Assembly (NCBI GenBank): GCA_032718475.1
Contig: JAUCBJ010009088.1
Location: 102,262 to 166,261, forward strand
DNA: 64,000 bases
Origin: Nemertoderma westbladi
Taxonomy: Eukaryota; Animalia; Xenacoelomorpha
Direction of reading: 5' to 3'
In this document: in pieces, positions 1 through 11,021 of the stretch
Numbering within the stretch: the stretch's first letter is position 1
Layout of the letters: every line of letters begins with the position of its first letter
Translations under genes and position numbers: made by a program
The notes under the pieces: model-generated
What the model was told of the DNA's origin: nothing
Seen by the model: only the letters and a program-made list of their open reading frames with translations
Databases searched by the model: none

Positions 1-314
1 ATTTTCACAAAATTTCGCCTGACAGTTATGTTGCCCCATCTTTGATCTATCATATAAAAAAACTTTCATGTGATTAGATTCAAAACTGTAAAAGCCTTAG
101 GATCTTACGCACAACCAAGTTCTTTTTATTGTTAACTAGGATTAACTAATATTAAATAGCGAAAAATAAAAATTTTCTGACCTATCGTGTAGAATAGCAT
201 CTTAGGTACATATATTCAAAATTATAGCCAAAACCAAACAATTTTGAAACGCTGAGAGTGATAAATCGAAGAGTTATCCGAAAAATGGTGTGCCCACCAC
301 CCCCCCCCCCCCCC
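1..314. mobile_element. Right-hand part of a non-autonomous TIR element (same family as 7191-7928), cut by the window edge
   Basis: 1-314 aligns by eye with ~7615-7928 and ends in AAAATGGTG...poly-C followed by TAA. Confidence 0.8.
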
Positions 315-1133
315 TAATACGAAAACAATGTATTTCCCCAGTAAACTACACTAGTTAATAGACCGATCAGATATAATTCCAAAGCCATAGCTATTACTTG
401 ATAGCCGTAACTATGTCATTTGTGTCTCCGTTGCTACTGTATGTTTACTTAGTTTTAGTTTTTCTGTTTCAGAAAACCCAACAATGGATTACATCGGAAA
501 TTGTGGGAAAAAATATACCTCGTTCAGCCTCTCTATGCAGCGGACGAGTATGTCATCGTACCATCTTCACCAACAAACCGCTATAATAATGACGATGAAT
601 TGCGCCGTAAAGCTACCACCGTACTGTACACAACTGCTCAGGGGGTAGTGGTTATAGATAAATAATTAATTAAATCTTGTATTGTAGCTGGTGCAACTAC
701 AAGAAATAAATTAATATTCTGGAATCTTGAGAAAACTACGTCATCTTACATCCGTGTCGCCAAAAGTATTTATAGTTTTGTTTTCGGCGACAATATTGTA
801 CCTGTAAAGGCCTCAAAGTGAAAATTAGCTAATAAATTTTAGGCAGATTTTTACAAATTATTACATTTCTGTACAAGTACAGTAGGCCTATTTCGCGCTG
901 TTTAAGGAGTCTTTTCATCTTTGCATGTTTAATCTTATATGCCTACATCGCTGTGTTTAAGGAGACTATCTCCTGCACATGTTTAATCCAACTGTACTGT
1001 AGGCCTACAACCCAATTTTCTATACTATACCAGTAGGCCTATAAATACGCGTTACTTTGATTATACTGCAGTAGAAGAGTTCTAGATAATTGGAAATTAT
1101 TTATTCAAGAACAAATGTTTTTGGTACAACTTG

Positions 1134-2010
1134 GTAATTCAGTGACACCCCCCCCCCCCCTAATTTTTCCACAAATCTTAATGAGATTGTATGAAATTTT
1201 AAACAGAGATAGTTTCACCTCCCGACCACTGACTGGGTGAGCCAGAATTTTTATTTTTGCTTTCAATCTTTAGCTACAAGCATTTAAAAAAAGTGTCTCC
1301 AGCGATATTACACCAGTTACACCGCAGTTATTCTTCTACGTTATAGCTGTTTGTTGGTACCAACGGAAAGCTGGCCCTGCAAGGATTCCAAATATGTAAC
1401 ACAATTTGAATTTCGTTGAAAAATAGCGGAGATATGGGCGTTCAAATGTTGCATGGTTTTGCACATGCGCGAGGCTATTTTATTCTATTTAATAAATGCA
1501 TCATAATCTGGAATATTTTGTTTATCCAAATACGTAGCTTGGCAACAATGCATTACATCTTTAATCATACTATTGCGTAGCTATTCATACATTTAAAAAA
1601 TGTTCCAGAATATGGTTTATTTATTTATAGAATAAAATAGCCTCGCGTAGGTGCATAACCATGCAAAATTTGAACGCTCATATCTCAGCTATTTTTCAAC
1701 GTAATTCAAATTGTGTTACATATTTGAAATCCTTGCATGGCCAGCTTTCCGTTGGTACCAACAAACAGAGCTATAAGGTAGAAGAATAACTGCGGTGTAA
1801 CTGGTGTAATATCGCTGGAGACACTTTATTTAAACGCTTGTAACTAAAGATTGAAAGCAAAAATAAATATTCTGGCTCACCCAGTCAGTGGTCGGGAGGT
1901 AAAACTATCTCTGTTTCAAATTTCATGTAATCTCATTATTTGATTGGTATAAAAATTAGGGGGGGGGGGGGGGGTCACTGAATTACGACACTATATTCTG
2001 GGACATGGTG
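1134..2010. mobile_element. Foldback MITE, copy 1 (left terminus eroded)
   Basis: Near-complete palindrome (e.g. CACCTCCCGACCACTGACTGGGTGAGCCAGAA vs TTCTGGCTCACCCAGTCAGTGGTCGGGAGGT); right end GGGACATGGTG followed by TA; homologous to 9252-10161. Confidence 0.85.
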
Positions 2011-2420
2011 TAGTAAGTGTGCCCATATTTTAATTTTATACATGTCCATTGCAATTACAAAATTAACTTAGATGGCGCCAGCTAGCTTCAACGAGATAAT
2101 CCTCCTTACGACTTAATCGATCTGATTACAAAGTAATACATATAGACTGTAAATACAATTTACTACTACTACTGTACTACTAGGTCGAGCGAACTCGGAC
2201 AGTGGGAATGAGATCCTTCCAGGCTTCCCGATTCTCCATAGTTGTCGCAATTTCGTTTCTCCCAAGTTCAGTATCCCTTTCAAGTTGATCTATATATGTT
2301 ATGGCAGGTCGTCCACGACTACGCTTTCCATGAGTTGGTTGATACAATTTAATTAATTTAATAATTTAATAATTAAATACAATTTAATTAATATATATTT
2401 ATTACTAGCTACCCTATAAT

Positions 2421-3009
2421 TTTTTTTAGGCTGCTTAGTGCTTTTTTTATTTTTAATGACAAATTACACAAATATATAAAAAGACACAAAAAAGTTATAA
2501 AAAAAAAAGAAAAACTTCACCCTCCACCAGGCTACTGTACAATGATGCTTGGCTTAGCGGGAATTTCAAAATTAGTTTATTCTTGTATCAGCATTTGCCA
2601 TCCGGATGGAAGCTTGGGCGATGTCCTGATATATGCCTGCTGGGCGTTTACGGGCAGACCTAGAGCCGCGGACGCACACGAGCGAGGCCCTCAGCAAGGC
2701 GAAACTCAGTTGCCGTCGCACCCAGTTCACACATTCGCTGTATGGCGTCTCGCGCCGTTCCGCCAGCTTGGAAGCGAGATGCTTCACAAACAGCGTTGTA
2801 GTGGGCGAGATACCCCCCAACGCTGAAAATATGAGGGGTGTAAACATCACAAGTTCGACATCCCTGATCCGTTCCTGGTACTTATTCCGTTTCCGGTTCT
2901 CGTGGAACTGATGGGCGGCGTTGAGTTCCATAGCTGCGTTCGTTGGGGCGAGGGGATTGAAAACTGAGACGTCAATAAACGTCTTCTGGAATCGACTCCC
3001 CAGAAATCC
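2421..3009 (-). mobile_element. 5'-truncated CRE-clade non-LTR retrotransposon (C-terminal restriction-like endonuclease region, 3' UTR, short poly-A)
   Basis: Minus-strand frame 3009-2572 reads GFLGSRFQKTFIDVSVFNPLAPTN...HENRKRNKY...FTPLIFSALGG...LSFALLRASLVCVRGSR, the typical animal CRE C-terminus; T-run at 2420-2427; CCTATAAT duplicated at 2413-2420 and 3008-3015. Confidence 0.8.
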
Positions 3010-3020
3010 TATAATAAAAC

Positions 3021-4092
3021 ACTAGCTACCAATAAATTACTAGCTACCAATAAATTTCTAGCTACCAATAAATTACTAGCTACCAATAAATTACTAGCTA
3101 CCAATAAATTACTAGCTACCAATAAATTACTAGCTACCAATAAATTACTAGCTACCAATAAATTACTAGCAACCAATAAATTACTAGCTACCAATAAATT
3201 AATAGCTACCAATAAATTACTAGCTACCAATAAATTACTATCTACCAATAAATTACTAGCAACCAATAAATTACTAGCTACCAATAAATTACTAGCTACC
3301 AATAAATTACTAGCAACCAATAAATTAATAGCTACCAATAAATTACTAGCTACCAATAAATTACTAGCTACAAATAAATTACTAGCTACCAATAAATTAC
3401 TAGCTACCAATAAATTACTAGCTACCAATAAATTACTAGCTACCAATAAATTACTAGCAACCAATAAATTAATAGCTACCAATAAATTACTAGCTACCAA
3501 TAAATTACTAGCTACAAATAAATTACTAGCTACCAATAAATTACTAGCTACCAATAAATTACTATCTACCAATAAATTACTAGCTACCAATAAATTACTA
3601 GCTACCAATAAATTACTAGCTACCAATAAATTACTAGCTACCAATAAATTACTAGCTACCAATAAATTACTAGCTACCAATAAATTACTAGCTACCAATA
3701 AATTACTAGCTACCAATAAATTACTAGCTACAAATAAATCACTAGCTACCAATAAATTACTATCTACCAATAAATTACTAGCTACCAATAAATTACTAGC
3801 TACCAATAAATTACTAGCTACCAATAAATTACTAGCTACCAATAAATTACTAGCTACCAATAAATTACTAGCTACCAATAAATTACTAGCTACCAATAAA
3901 TTACTAGCTACCAATAAATTACTAGCTACCAATAAATTACTAGCTACCAATAAATTACTAGCAACCAATAAATTAATAGCTACCAATAAATTACTAGCTA
4001 CCAATAAATTACTAGCTACAAATAAATTACTAGCTACCAATAAATTACTAGCTACCAATAAATTACTAGCTACCAATAAATTACTAGCTACC
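3021..4092. repeat. 18-bp minisatellite (AATAAATTACTAGCTACC), about 59 copies
   Basis: Direct tandem repeat with a few recurrent single-base variants. Confidence 0.97.
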
Positions 4093-4450
4093 ACAAAATC
4101 GAATGCCCATCAACAATATCCCATAAAAATTTTTAAAAAGCGATGAGTAAACCATCAAGTCCTTTGCTAAAATCTTCCCATATGGTCGATCACACAAGCA
4201 ATAGTACAATAATATTTATTTGGTATACTTTATTGGTATTGTTTTCCAAACAAAATATTTATGTGTGTAAAAATGCACATTTTTTATAACATTATTGTTC
4301 AGGAAGATAAATTATTGCTAACAGCACTAATTCGATATGGGTCAACCAATTTTCAAAATTTTCAAAATCATCTAAAAATCTATATCTACAGTAGTATGAA
4401 TTATATATCTATTAAATTCAATATAAATCATTTATTGGTGTTTTTTAAGA

Positions 4451-4540
4451 GATACTAGCCTGGCGGATACTCGCCTGGCGGATACTCGCCTGGCGGATAC
4501 TCGCCTGGCGGATACTCGCCTGGCGGATACTCGCCTGGCT
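4451..4540. repeat. 15-bp tandem repeat (GATACTCGCCTGGCG) x6
   Basis: Direct reading. Confidence 0.95.
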
Positions 4541-4581
4541 GCATATCAACCTGGGGGAGTGATGCCAATCGCAGAGGGTTG

Positions 4582-5223
4582 GGGTTATGAATTAGTCTCA
4601 CTAGTCTGTGAGGTGCGTAGCAGTAGGGTTAGGAATTAGTCACACTAGCCTGGGAGGTGCGTAGCAGTTGGGTTAGGAATTAGTCACACTAGCCTGGGAG
4701 GTGCGTAGCAGTAGGGTTAGGAATTAGTCACACTAGCCTGGGAGGTGCGTAGCAGTAGGGTTAGGAATTAGTCACACTAGCCTGGGAGGTGCGTAGCAGT
4801 AGGGTTAGGAATTAGTCACACTAGCATGGGAGGTGCGTAGCAGTTGGGTTAGGAATTAGTCACACTAGCCTGTGAGGTGCGTAGCAGTAGGGTTAGGAAT
4901 TAGTCACACTAGCCTGGGAGGTGCGTAGCAGTAGGGTTAGGAATTAGTCACACTAGCATGGGAGGTGCGTAGCAGTAGGGTTAGGAATTAGTCACACTAG
5001 CATGGGAGGTGCGTAGCAGTAGGGTTAGGAATTAGTCACACTAGCATGGGAGGTGCGTAGCAGTTGGGTTAGGAATTAGTCACACTAGCATGGGAGGTGC
5101 GTAGCAGTTGGGTTAGGAATTAGTCACACTAGCCTGTGAGGTGCGTAGCAGTAGGGTTAGGAATTAGTCACACTAGCCTGGGAGGTGCGTAGCAGTACAG
5201 CAGTAGGGTTAGGAATTAGTCAC
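4582..5223. repeat. 44-bp satellite, left block (~14 copies)
   Basis: Unit ACTAGCCTGGGAGGTGCGTAGCAGTAGGGTTAGGAATTAGTCAC; resumes in register at 8079. Confidence 0.95.
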
Positions 5224-8081
5224 AGGTTCTTGCCTCTGAAGCAGCAGATCACTGTGAGGGCTATACTGCCTTCACAGAGGCAGTTAAGTTAGCAGCTGTA
5301 GAAACAGTTCCTGTATACCCTCGAAACAGGAAACGGCCCCCCTGGACTGACAACAAAATTCAGAAGTGCCGTAATGACCTCTACAAGGCGCAGAAAAAGT
5401 CCCGACTCAAACAGACTACTGCGGCCAAGAATACAGCTAAGGCTGCATCTAGTTCCCTGAACAGGCAGTACTCTGTTAATTTACAGGAGCTAATAAACCA
5501 ACAGGTTGATGCCATCAATGATGCTGACGACAGCAGGCAATCATCCCAGGCATGGAGATCGATCAACTTGCTTGCTGGTCGAAAAAGCCAACCAACCACC
5601 AAGGTTAAGGCTGAATCACCAGCCGATCGCCTCAATGGTTGGAAGGCCCACTTTGAAAAGCTCCTCAATAATGACAGGGTATTGCCTGATAACTTTATAG
5701 AAGTAAAAGTGTCTGAGTCTGTACTCCCAGATATTCCAATTGGTGATATCTCCTTTGCAGAAGTGAAGGCTGCTGCAAAGAGCATTAAAACCAATCGTGC
5801 CAGTGGAGTAGATGGTGTTCCCCCTCAGGTCTTTAAAATACCTGAGTGTTTATAGCTCATCTATCCCATCATAGTAGACATGTACCGAACAACAAGTGTC
5901 CCACAAGAAATGAAAACAAATAAGTTGGTGCCAGTTCCCAAGAAGGGCAACCTAACACTCTATGGTTCTTTTCGGGGAATCTCATTGATCTCGATTGCTG
6001 CAAAGCTTTACAATAGAATTCTATTAATTCGCATCAGGGATCCCATTGAGAGACTGCTCCGTGGAAATCTGAATGGGTTCCGTAAAGGTCGTGGGACCAT
6101 GGAGCCCATTTTGGCACTTAGAAGGATAATTGAAGAGTTATCAAAAAAGAAAGACAGGCATCTGGTTGTTATCTTTGTTGACTTCTTCAAGGCCTATGAT
6201 TCAGTCTCTCTCTCACGTATGTTCAGCATACTTTCATTATACGGGATTCCTGATGAAATTATTGCAGCAATCAGATCAGTATACGATGGTTCGACAACAT
6301 TTGTGTTTTCTGTTAACGGTGACACAGAACCATTTGAGGTGTTATGGGGCGTCCTCCAGGGAGACACACTTGCACCATTCTTGTTCATAATTGTTGTTGA
6401 CTATGTTCTACGCATGTCCTTAGATCATCATAATGATGATGGGGTGATGATAACTCCACCTACTGGCTCCAGAAGTCGAGGAAATCCTGCCAAGTACCTA
6501 ACTGATCTAGACTTTGCTGATGACTTAGGAGTACTCTCGGAATCACTAGAGGGAGCCCAACGGCTCCTCAGCTCATTAGAACATGCTGCTTCTAGTGTTG
6601 GTCTTTTTATTAACTCCAGAAAGACCAAAATTTTGACAGTTAACTTTGAAAGTCCTCAGCAAGTCTCTGATCGGATGAGCATAAGCTCAAAAGATGGTAT
6701 GCTTGAGCATGTGGATGACTTCTGTTACCTGGGATCATGGATCCGGAAGTCAGGTGAGGACCTTCTAATACGTTAGGGAAAGGCATGGGCAGCCTTGAAT
6801 AGGCTTTTCAGGATTTGGAAGTCACTGAGAATTAATCGGAAACTTAAGGTCCGATTATTTAGAGCAGCAGTAGTTCCAGTACTCCTCTATGGGAGTCCTC
6901 CTGGGCTCTAACTGCTGAGGACACCAAATCTCTGGATGGCACATTCACAAGTATGCTACGCCGGGTTCATTGTGTCAAGTACAAAGCACACATCTCCAAC
7001 CAGACACTATATAACATTGGAGGTGTCTCATTGGTTCCCCCAAGCTTGACACTTGAACAAAATCGCCTCCGCTTTGCAGGACATTGCTTTCGCCGTGAGG
7101 ACCAGCCAGTGCATAATCTTGTACTTTGGCAGCCTCATGGAGTGAATAAGCATGGTGGACAGCCCATGACTTTCTTGAGACGCATCTTAAGGGGGGGGGG
7201 GGGGGGGGTACACCATTTTGGTCAAAAATATGTCGAATTTTTTTTTATGATCTATTATAATGCACCATTGAATGGTGTTTCCAAATCTGAAAACCGCTAT
7301 TTAATAGCTCTTTTAGTTTTTAAGTTATGACAATTTCTATTTAGGGATTCCTATTGAAATTACTATTACTATGTATAATGAAACGTCGATTATCTCAAAA
7401 TATTTTTTTTATGAAATTGTCAACTTAAAAACCCTACTACTTTTACAATTTTTGAGAAATTAGTCTGAAACTTTCTGTGGGTGTCCAGATAGCCACCCTG
7501 CATAAAAGTATCAGACAACTTTTCGAAATTGTTTGTTAAGAAAATTTAATACTATTTATAACAAACCTAAAAATTAGGCATAAATTTGCAGCGCCACCTA
7601 GCGGTGCAGAATTGTTTTCACAAAATTTCGCCTGATAGTTATGTTGCCCCATCTTTGATCTATCATATAAAAAAACTTTCATGTGATTATATTCAAAACT
7701 GTAAAAGCCTTAGGGTTTTAAGCGCAACCAAGTTTTTTTTATGTTAACTAGTATTAACTAATATTAAATAGCGTAAAATAAAAATTTTCTAACCTGTCAT
7801 GTAGAATAGCATCTTAGGCAACTATATTCCAAATTATAGCCCAAACCAAACAATTTTGAAACGCTGAGAGTGATAAATCGAAGAGTTGTCCGAAAATGGT
7901 GTACCCCCCCCCCCCCCCCCTCCCCTCCTTAAAGGACACTGGCCTTGAAGATGCGGATGATCTAGCAAATGTCATGGGTGATAGGGAGTTGTGGCGGTGC
8001 AATTTTGTCGATAAGCCGGCACAGCATTCTTAAAAATGCAGCAGCAATGCAGCATGCCGATCCTAGTAGTAGTAGTAGTAG
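5224..8081 (+). mobile_element. 5'-truncated, decayed RTE-like LINE (RT domain) with (TAG)6 tail
   Basis: RT motifs LNGFRKGRGT, VDFFKAYDSV, GVLQGDTLAPFLFIIVVDY, DLDFADD; stops at 5853-5855 and 6774-6776; frameshift near 6900; C-terminus RRILK|DTGLEDADDLANVMGDRELWR restored after removing the MITE; TAG repeats at 8064-8081. Confidence 0.88.
7191..7928. mobile_element. Non-autonomous TIR element with TTAA TSD (Kolobok-like termini)
   Basis: TTAA at 7187-7190 and 7929-7932; TIRs G-run+TACACCATTTT / AAAATGGTGTAC+C-run; purine-starting termini with TTAA TSD fit Kolobok rather than piggyBac; removal restores the LINE frame. Confidence 0.85.
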
Positions 8082-8460
8082 CCTGTGAGGTGCGTAGCAG
8101 TAGGGTTAAGAATTAGTCACACTAGCATGGGAGGTGCGTAGCAGTAGGGTTAGGAATTAGTCACACTAGCCTGGGAGGTGCGTAGCAGTAGGGTGAGTAA
8201 TTAGTCACATTAGCCTGGGAGGTGCGTAGCAGTACAGCAGTAGGGTTAGGAATTAGTCACACTAGCCTGGGAGGTGCGTAGCAGTAGGGTTAGGAATTAG
8301 TCACACTAGCCTGGGAGGTGCGTAGCAGTTGGGTTAGGAATTAGTGTCACTAGCCTGGGGGGTGCGTAGCAGTAGGGTTAGGAATTAGTCACACTAGCCT
8401 GGGAGGTGCGTAGCAGTACAGCAGTAGGGTTAGGAATTAGTCACACTAGCCTAGAAGGTG
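8079..8460. repeat. 44-bp satellite, right block (~8-9 copies)
   Basis: Same unit as 4582-5223. Confidence 0.95.
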
Positions 8461-8879
8461 GGTAGCTGTGACGGGATCTGAGTTGGCCTAGGATCCCGAC
8501 CGGTGTGTGTTGTGTCGTGCAATGTACGCGTCGCCGCGTTTTGGTGACTACAAAAAGCTGAAAGGCCGTAGGCCGGTGTAATAAAAGAGTTTATAGTTTA
8601 TCGTTGTTAATAATAGCTGATATATATAAGTACCGGTAAAGTTACAGCACAATCAGTATATAGCACTGGCGATGACGGTCAAAAGTGTCTGACTTCCACT
8701 GTAATTAATAGCCAACTGAACATAATCAATATCAAGTAACGGTTATATACATATTGCTTAGAAAGCTTATTATACATTCCTACCTACATGTTGACCTGCC
8801 AATAGATACACGCTAATTGGACATGTGCTGTCCCGCCATTGGTTGATTCTCTCCATCTGCCACTCCCTATTTCCTCTGG

Positions 8880-9240
8880 CCCTATGCTAGCTACTTCCCA
8901 GGGATATGTTGGTACCTATCTCCAAGCTGGCATTATATTGCCCTTCATCCTTCCTTGGTATGCAATATTATATTGGATATAATATTGCATACTTAACTGT
9001 GATTCGTAAATCACAGCTCCCCATATTCTCACTGGGTGGTGTACAGCGGATGGATTCGCTAACAGTACCTTTGATGAACCTATCATCAAAGCCTCATCCA
9101 ATTCCATCAACATTAAGTGCGTTTTGTTGTGTGTACAAACACACACCAAAACCTCCCAACAAACACTAGCGAAGAGTGTGAGAATTAAGGGCAACCAATT
9201 CTTGGATCCGTCCAATATTGGTTTCTGGGATGCAGAAGTG
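8880..9240 (-). pseudogene. Possible highly decayed Gypsy gag remnant
   Basis: Minus-strand fragments IGRIQELVALN, FASVC and ELDEAL / DDRFIKGTVSESIR resemble Gypsy gag motifs (YIERLEQFF.AN, LLSVCG, LRDRFVCG) across frameshifts. Confidence 0.3.
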
Positions 9241-9251
9241 CGACGGGGTTA

Positions 9252-10161
9252 CACCATGTCCCAGAATATAGTGTCGAAATTCAGTGACACGCCCCCCCCC
9301 CCCCCCCAAATTTTTTTTACAAATCGTAATGAGATTGCATGAAATTTGAAACAGAGATAGTTTCACCTCCTTCCTCCTTGCTGGGTGAGCCAGAATTTTT
9401 ATTTTCGCTTTCATTCTTTAGCTACAAGCGTTTGAAAAAAGTGTCTCCGGCGAAATTGCACCAGTTAACGCGCAGTAGTTATTCAATCTTATAGTGATTT
9501 GCAGGTACTAGTGGAAATCTGGTTGTTCAAGGATTCCAAATACGTAACATAATCTAAATTTCGTCTTAAAATAGCGGAAATATCAGCGTTTAAAACTTGT
9601 ATGGTTTTGCACATGAGCGAGGCTATTTTATTCTATTAAATAAATACAACATATTTTGGAAGATTTTGTTAATGCATGAGTAGCTATTTAATAGTATGAT
9701 TAAAGAGGTATTGCATTGTTGCCAAGACACGTATGGGATAAACAAAATATTCCAGAATATGTTGTATTTATTTAATAGAATAAAATAGCCTCGCTCATAT
9801 GCAAAACCATACAAGATTTAAACGCAGATATCTCAGCTATTTTAAGACGAAATTTAGATTATGTTACATATTTGGAATCCTTGAACAACCAGCTTTCCAC
9901 TAGTACCTACAAATCACTATAAGGTTAAAGAATAACTGCGGTGTGACTGGTTCAATTTCGCTGGAAATACTTTTTACAAACGCTTGTAGCTAAAGAATGA
10001 AAGCGAAAATAAAAATTATGGCTCACCCAGTCAGTGGACGGGAGGTGAAACTCTCTCTGTTTCAAATTTCATGCAATCTTATTGAGATTTGTAAAAACAT
10101 TTGGGGGGGGGGGGGGGGGCGCAGGTACCTAAATATAGACACAATATTCCAGGACATGATG
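9252..10161. mobile_element. Foldback MITE, copy 2, TA TSD (Tc1/mariner-type termini)
   Basis: TA|CACCATGTCCCAGAATAT ... ATATTCCAGGACATGATG|TA; arms of ~450 bp are inverted copies of each other. Confidence 0.88.
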
Positions 10162-10689
10162 TAATCCCGTACCATGGGACCTTGTGTGTAGTGTAAGGTA
10201 TTGCCGAACATGGGACCTTATGTGTCAGGTATTGCCGAACATGGGACCTTGTGTGTCAGGTATTACCGATAGTTCCATAAGGCCTTACGACCTCAATATT
10301 GGTTGTATTATTATACATAATTCTATTTTAGGTTGCAGTGATACTTTAGTTCACTCTTGAGACATAAAATCCAAACAATTTCGTTTGACAGGCCTCACAA
10401 TGGGTGTTGCACTTGATTTGTCAAGATCCACCATCATCTGTTCACCTTGTAAATGTGGCCTTCCATTAGCAGAATGGCCCCGCTACCAATCGATGTGCTG
10501 CATATGTGCTGCATATGTGCTGATGTGCTGCTTGGAGTAGCAAACAAATGAAAATTGTAGATAAAAATATCCGTGCCCATCTTTTTGGGCGTGCCCCCCC
10601 CCCCCCCCCCCCCCCCCCCCTCACCATATTTTTTACCTTTTTTGACATAATATTGTTCTTGAACAAATAATATATTTGTTCTAGGACAT

Positions 10690-10950
10690 TAAATTATATT
10701 CTAATAAAGTTGAAGCGAATTTGAAGTCACTAGTTATATTACTTTACCATTCGAATAAACCTGCAGATTGTTAACATTATTGCATAACATCATTTCAAGG
10801 CTTGTTGAACTAGGAAATTAAATTATATTCTAATAAAGTTGAAGCGAATTTGAAGACACTATAGTTATACTTACTACTTTACCTTTCGAATAAACTGGCA
10901 AATAATTGCTAATATTATTGCTTAACATCTTTTCAAGGCTTGTTGAACTC
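10690..10950. repeat. Tandem duplication of a ~130-bp segment upstream of the FReD locus
   Basis: TAAATTATATTCTAATAAAGTTGAAGCGAATTTGAAG...TTTCAAGGCTTGTTGAACT occurs twice. Confidence 0.8.
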
Positions 10951-11021
10951 GTAAAAAAGATACAGAGCTATAAAATTGTTATTAGCTCTAATTAGTTTTA
11001 TTGAGAGAAGGTTGAGCTAAA

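Noticed and set aside
3009-4094. 361-aa (VASNLL)n ORF
   Set aside because: By-product of an 18-bp stop-free repeat; no ATG start and no unique coding flanks
4582-8460. Regular 44-bp repeats as a CRISPR array
   Set aside because: No unique spacers, no cas genes, eukaryotic context
8467-8680. Possible short LTR (TGTGAC...CA) followed by TGGCGATGAC
   Set aside because: No TSD or partner LTR, and its orientation conflicts with the nearby gag-like remnant
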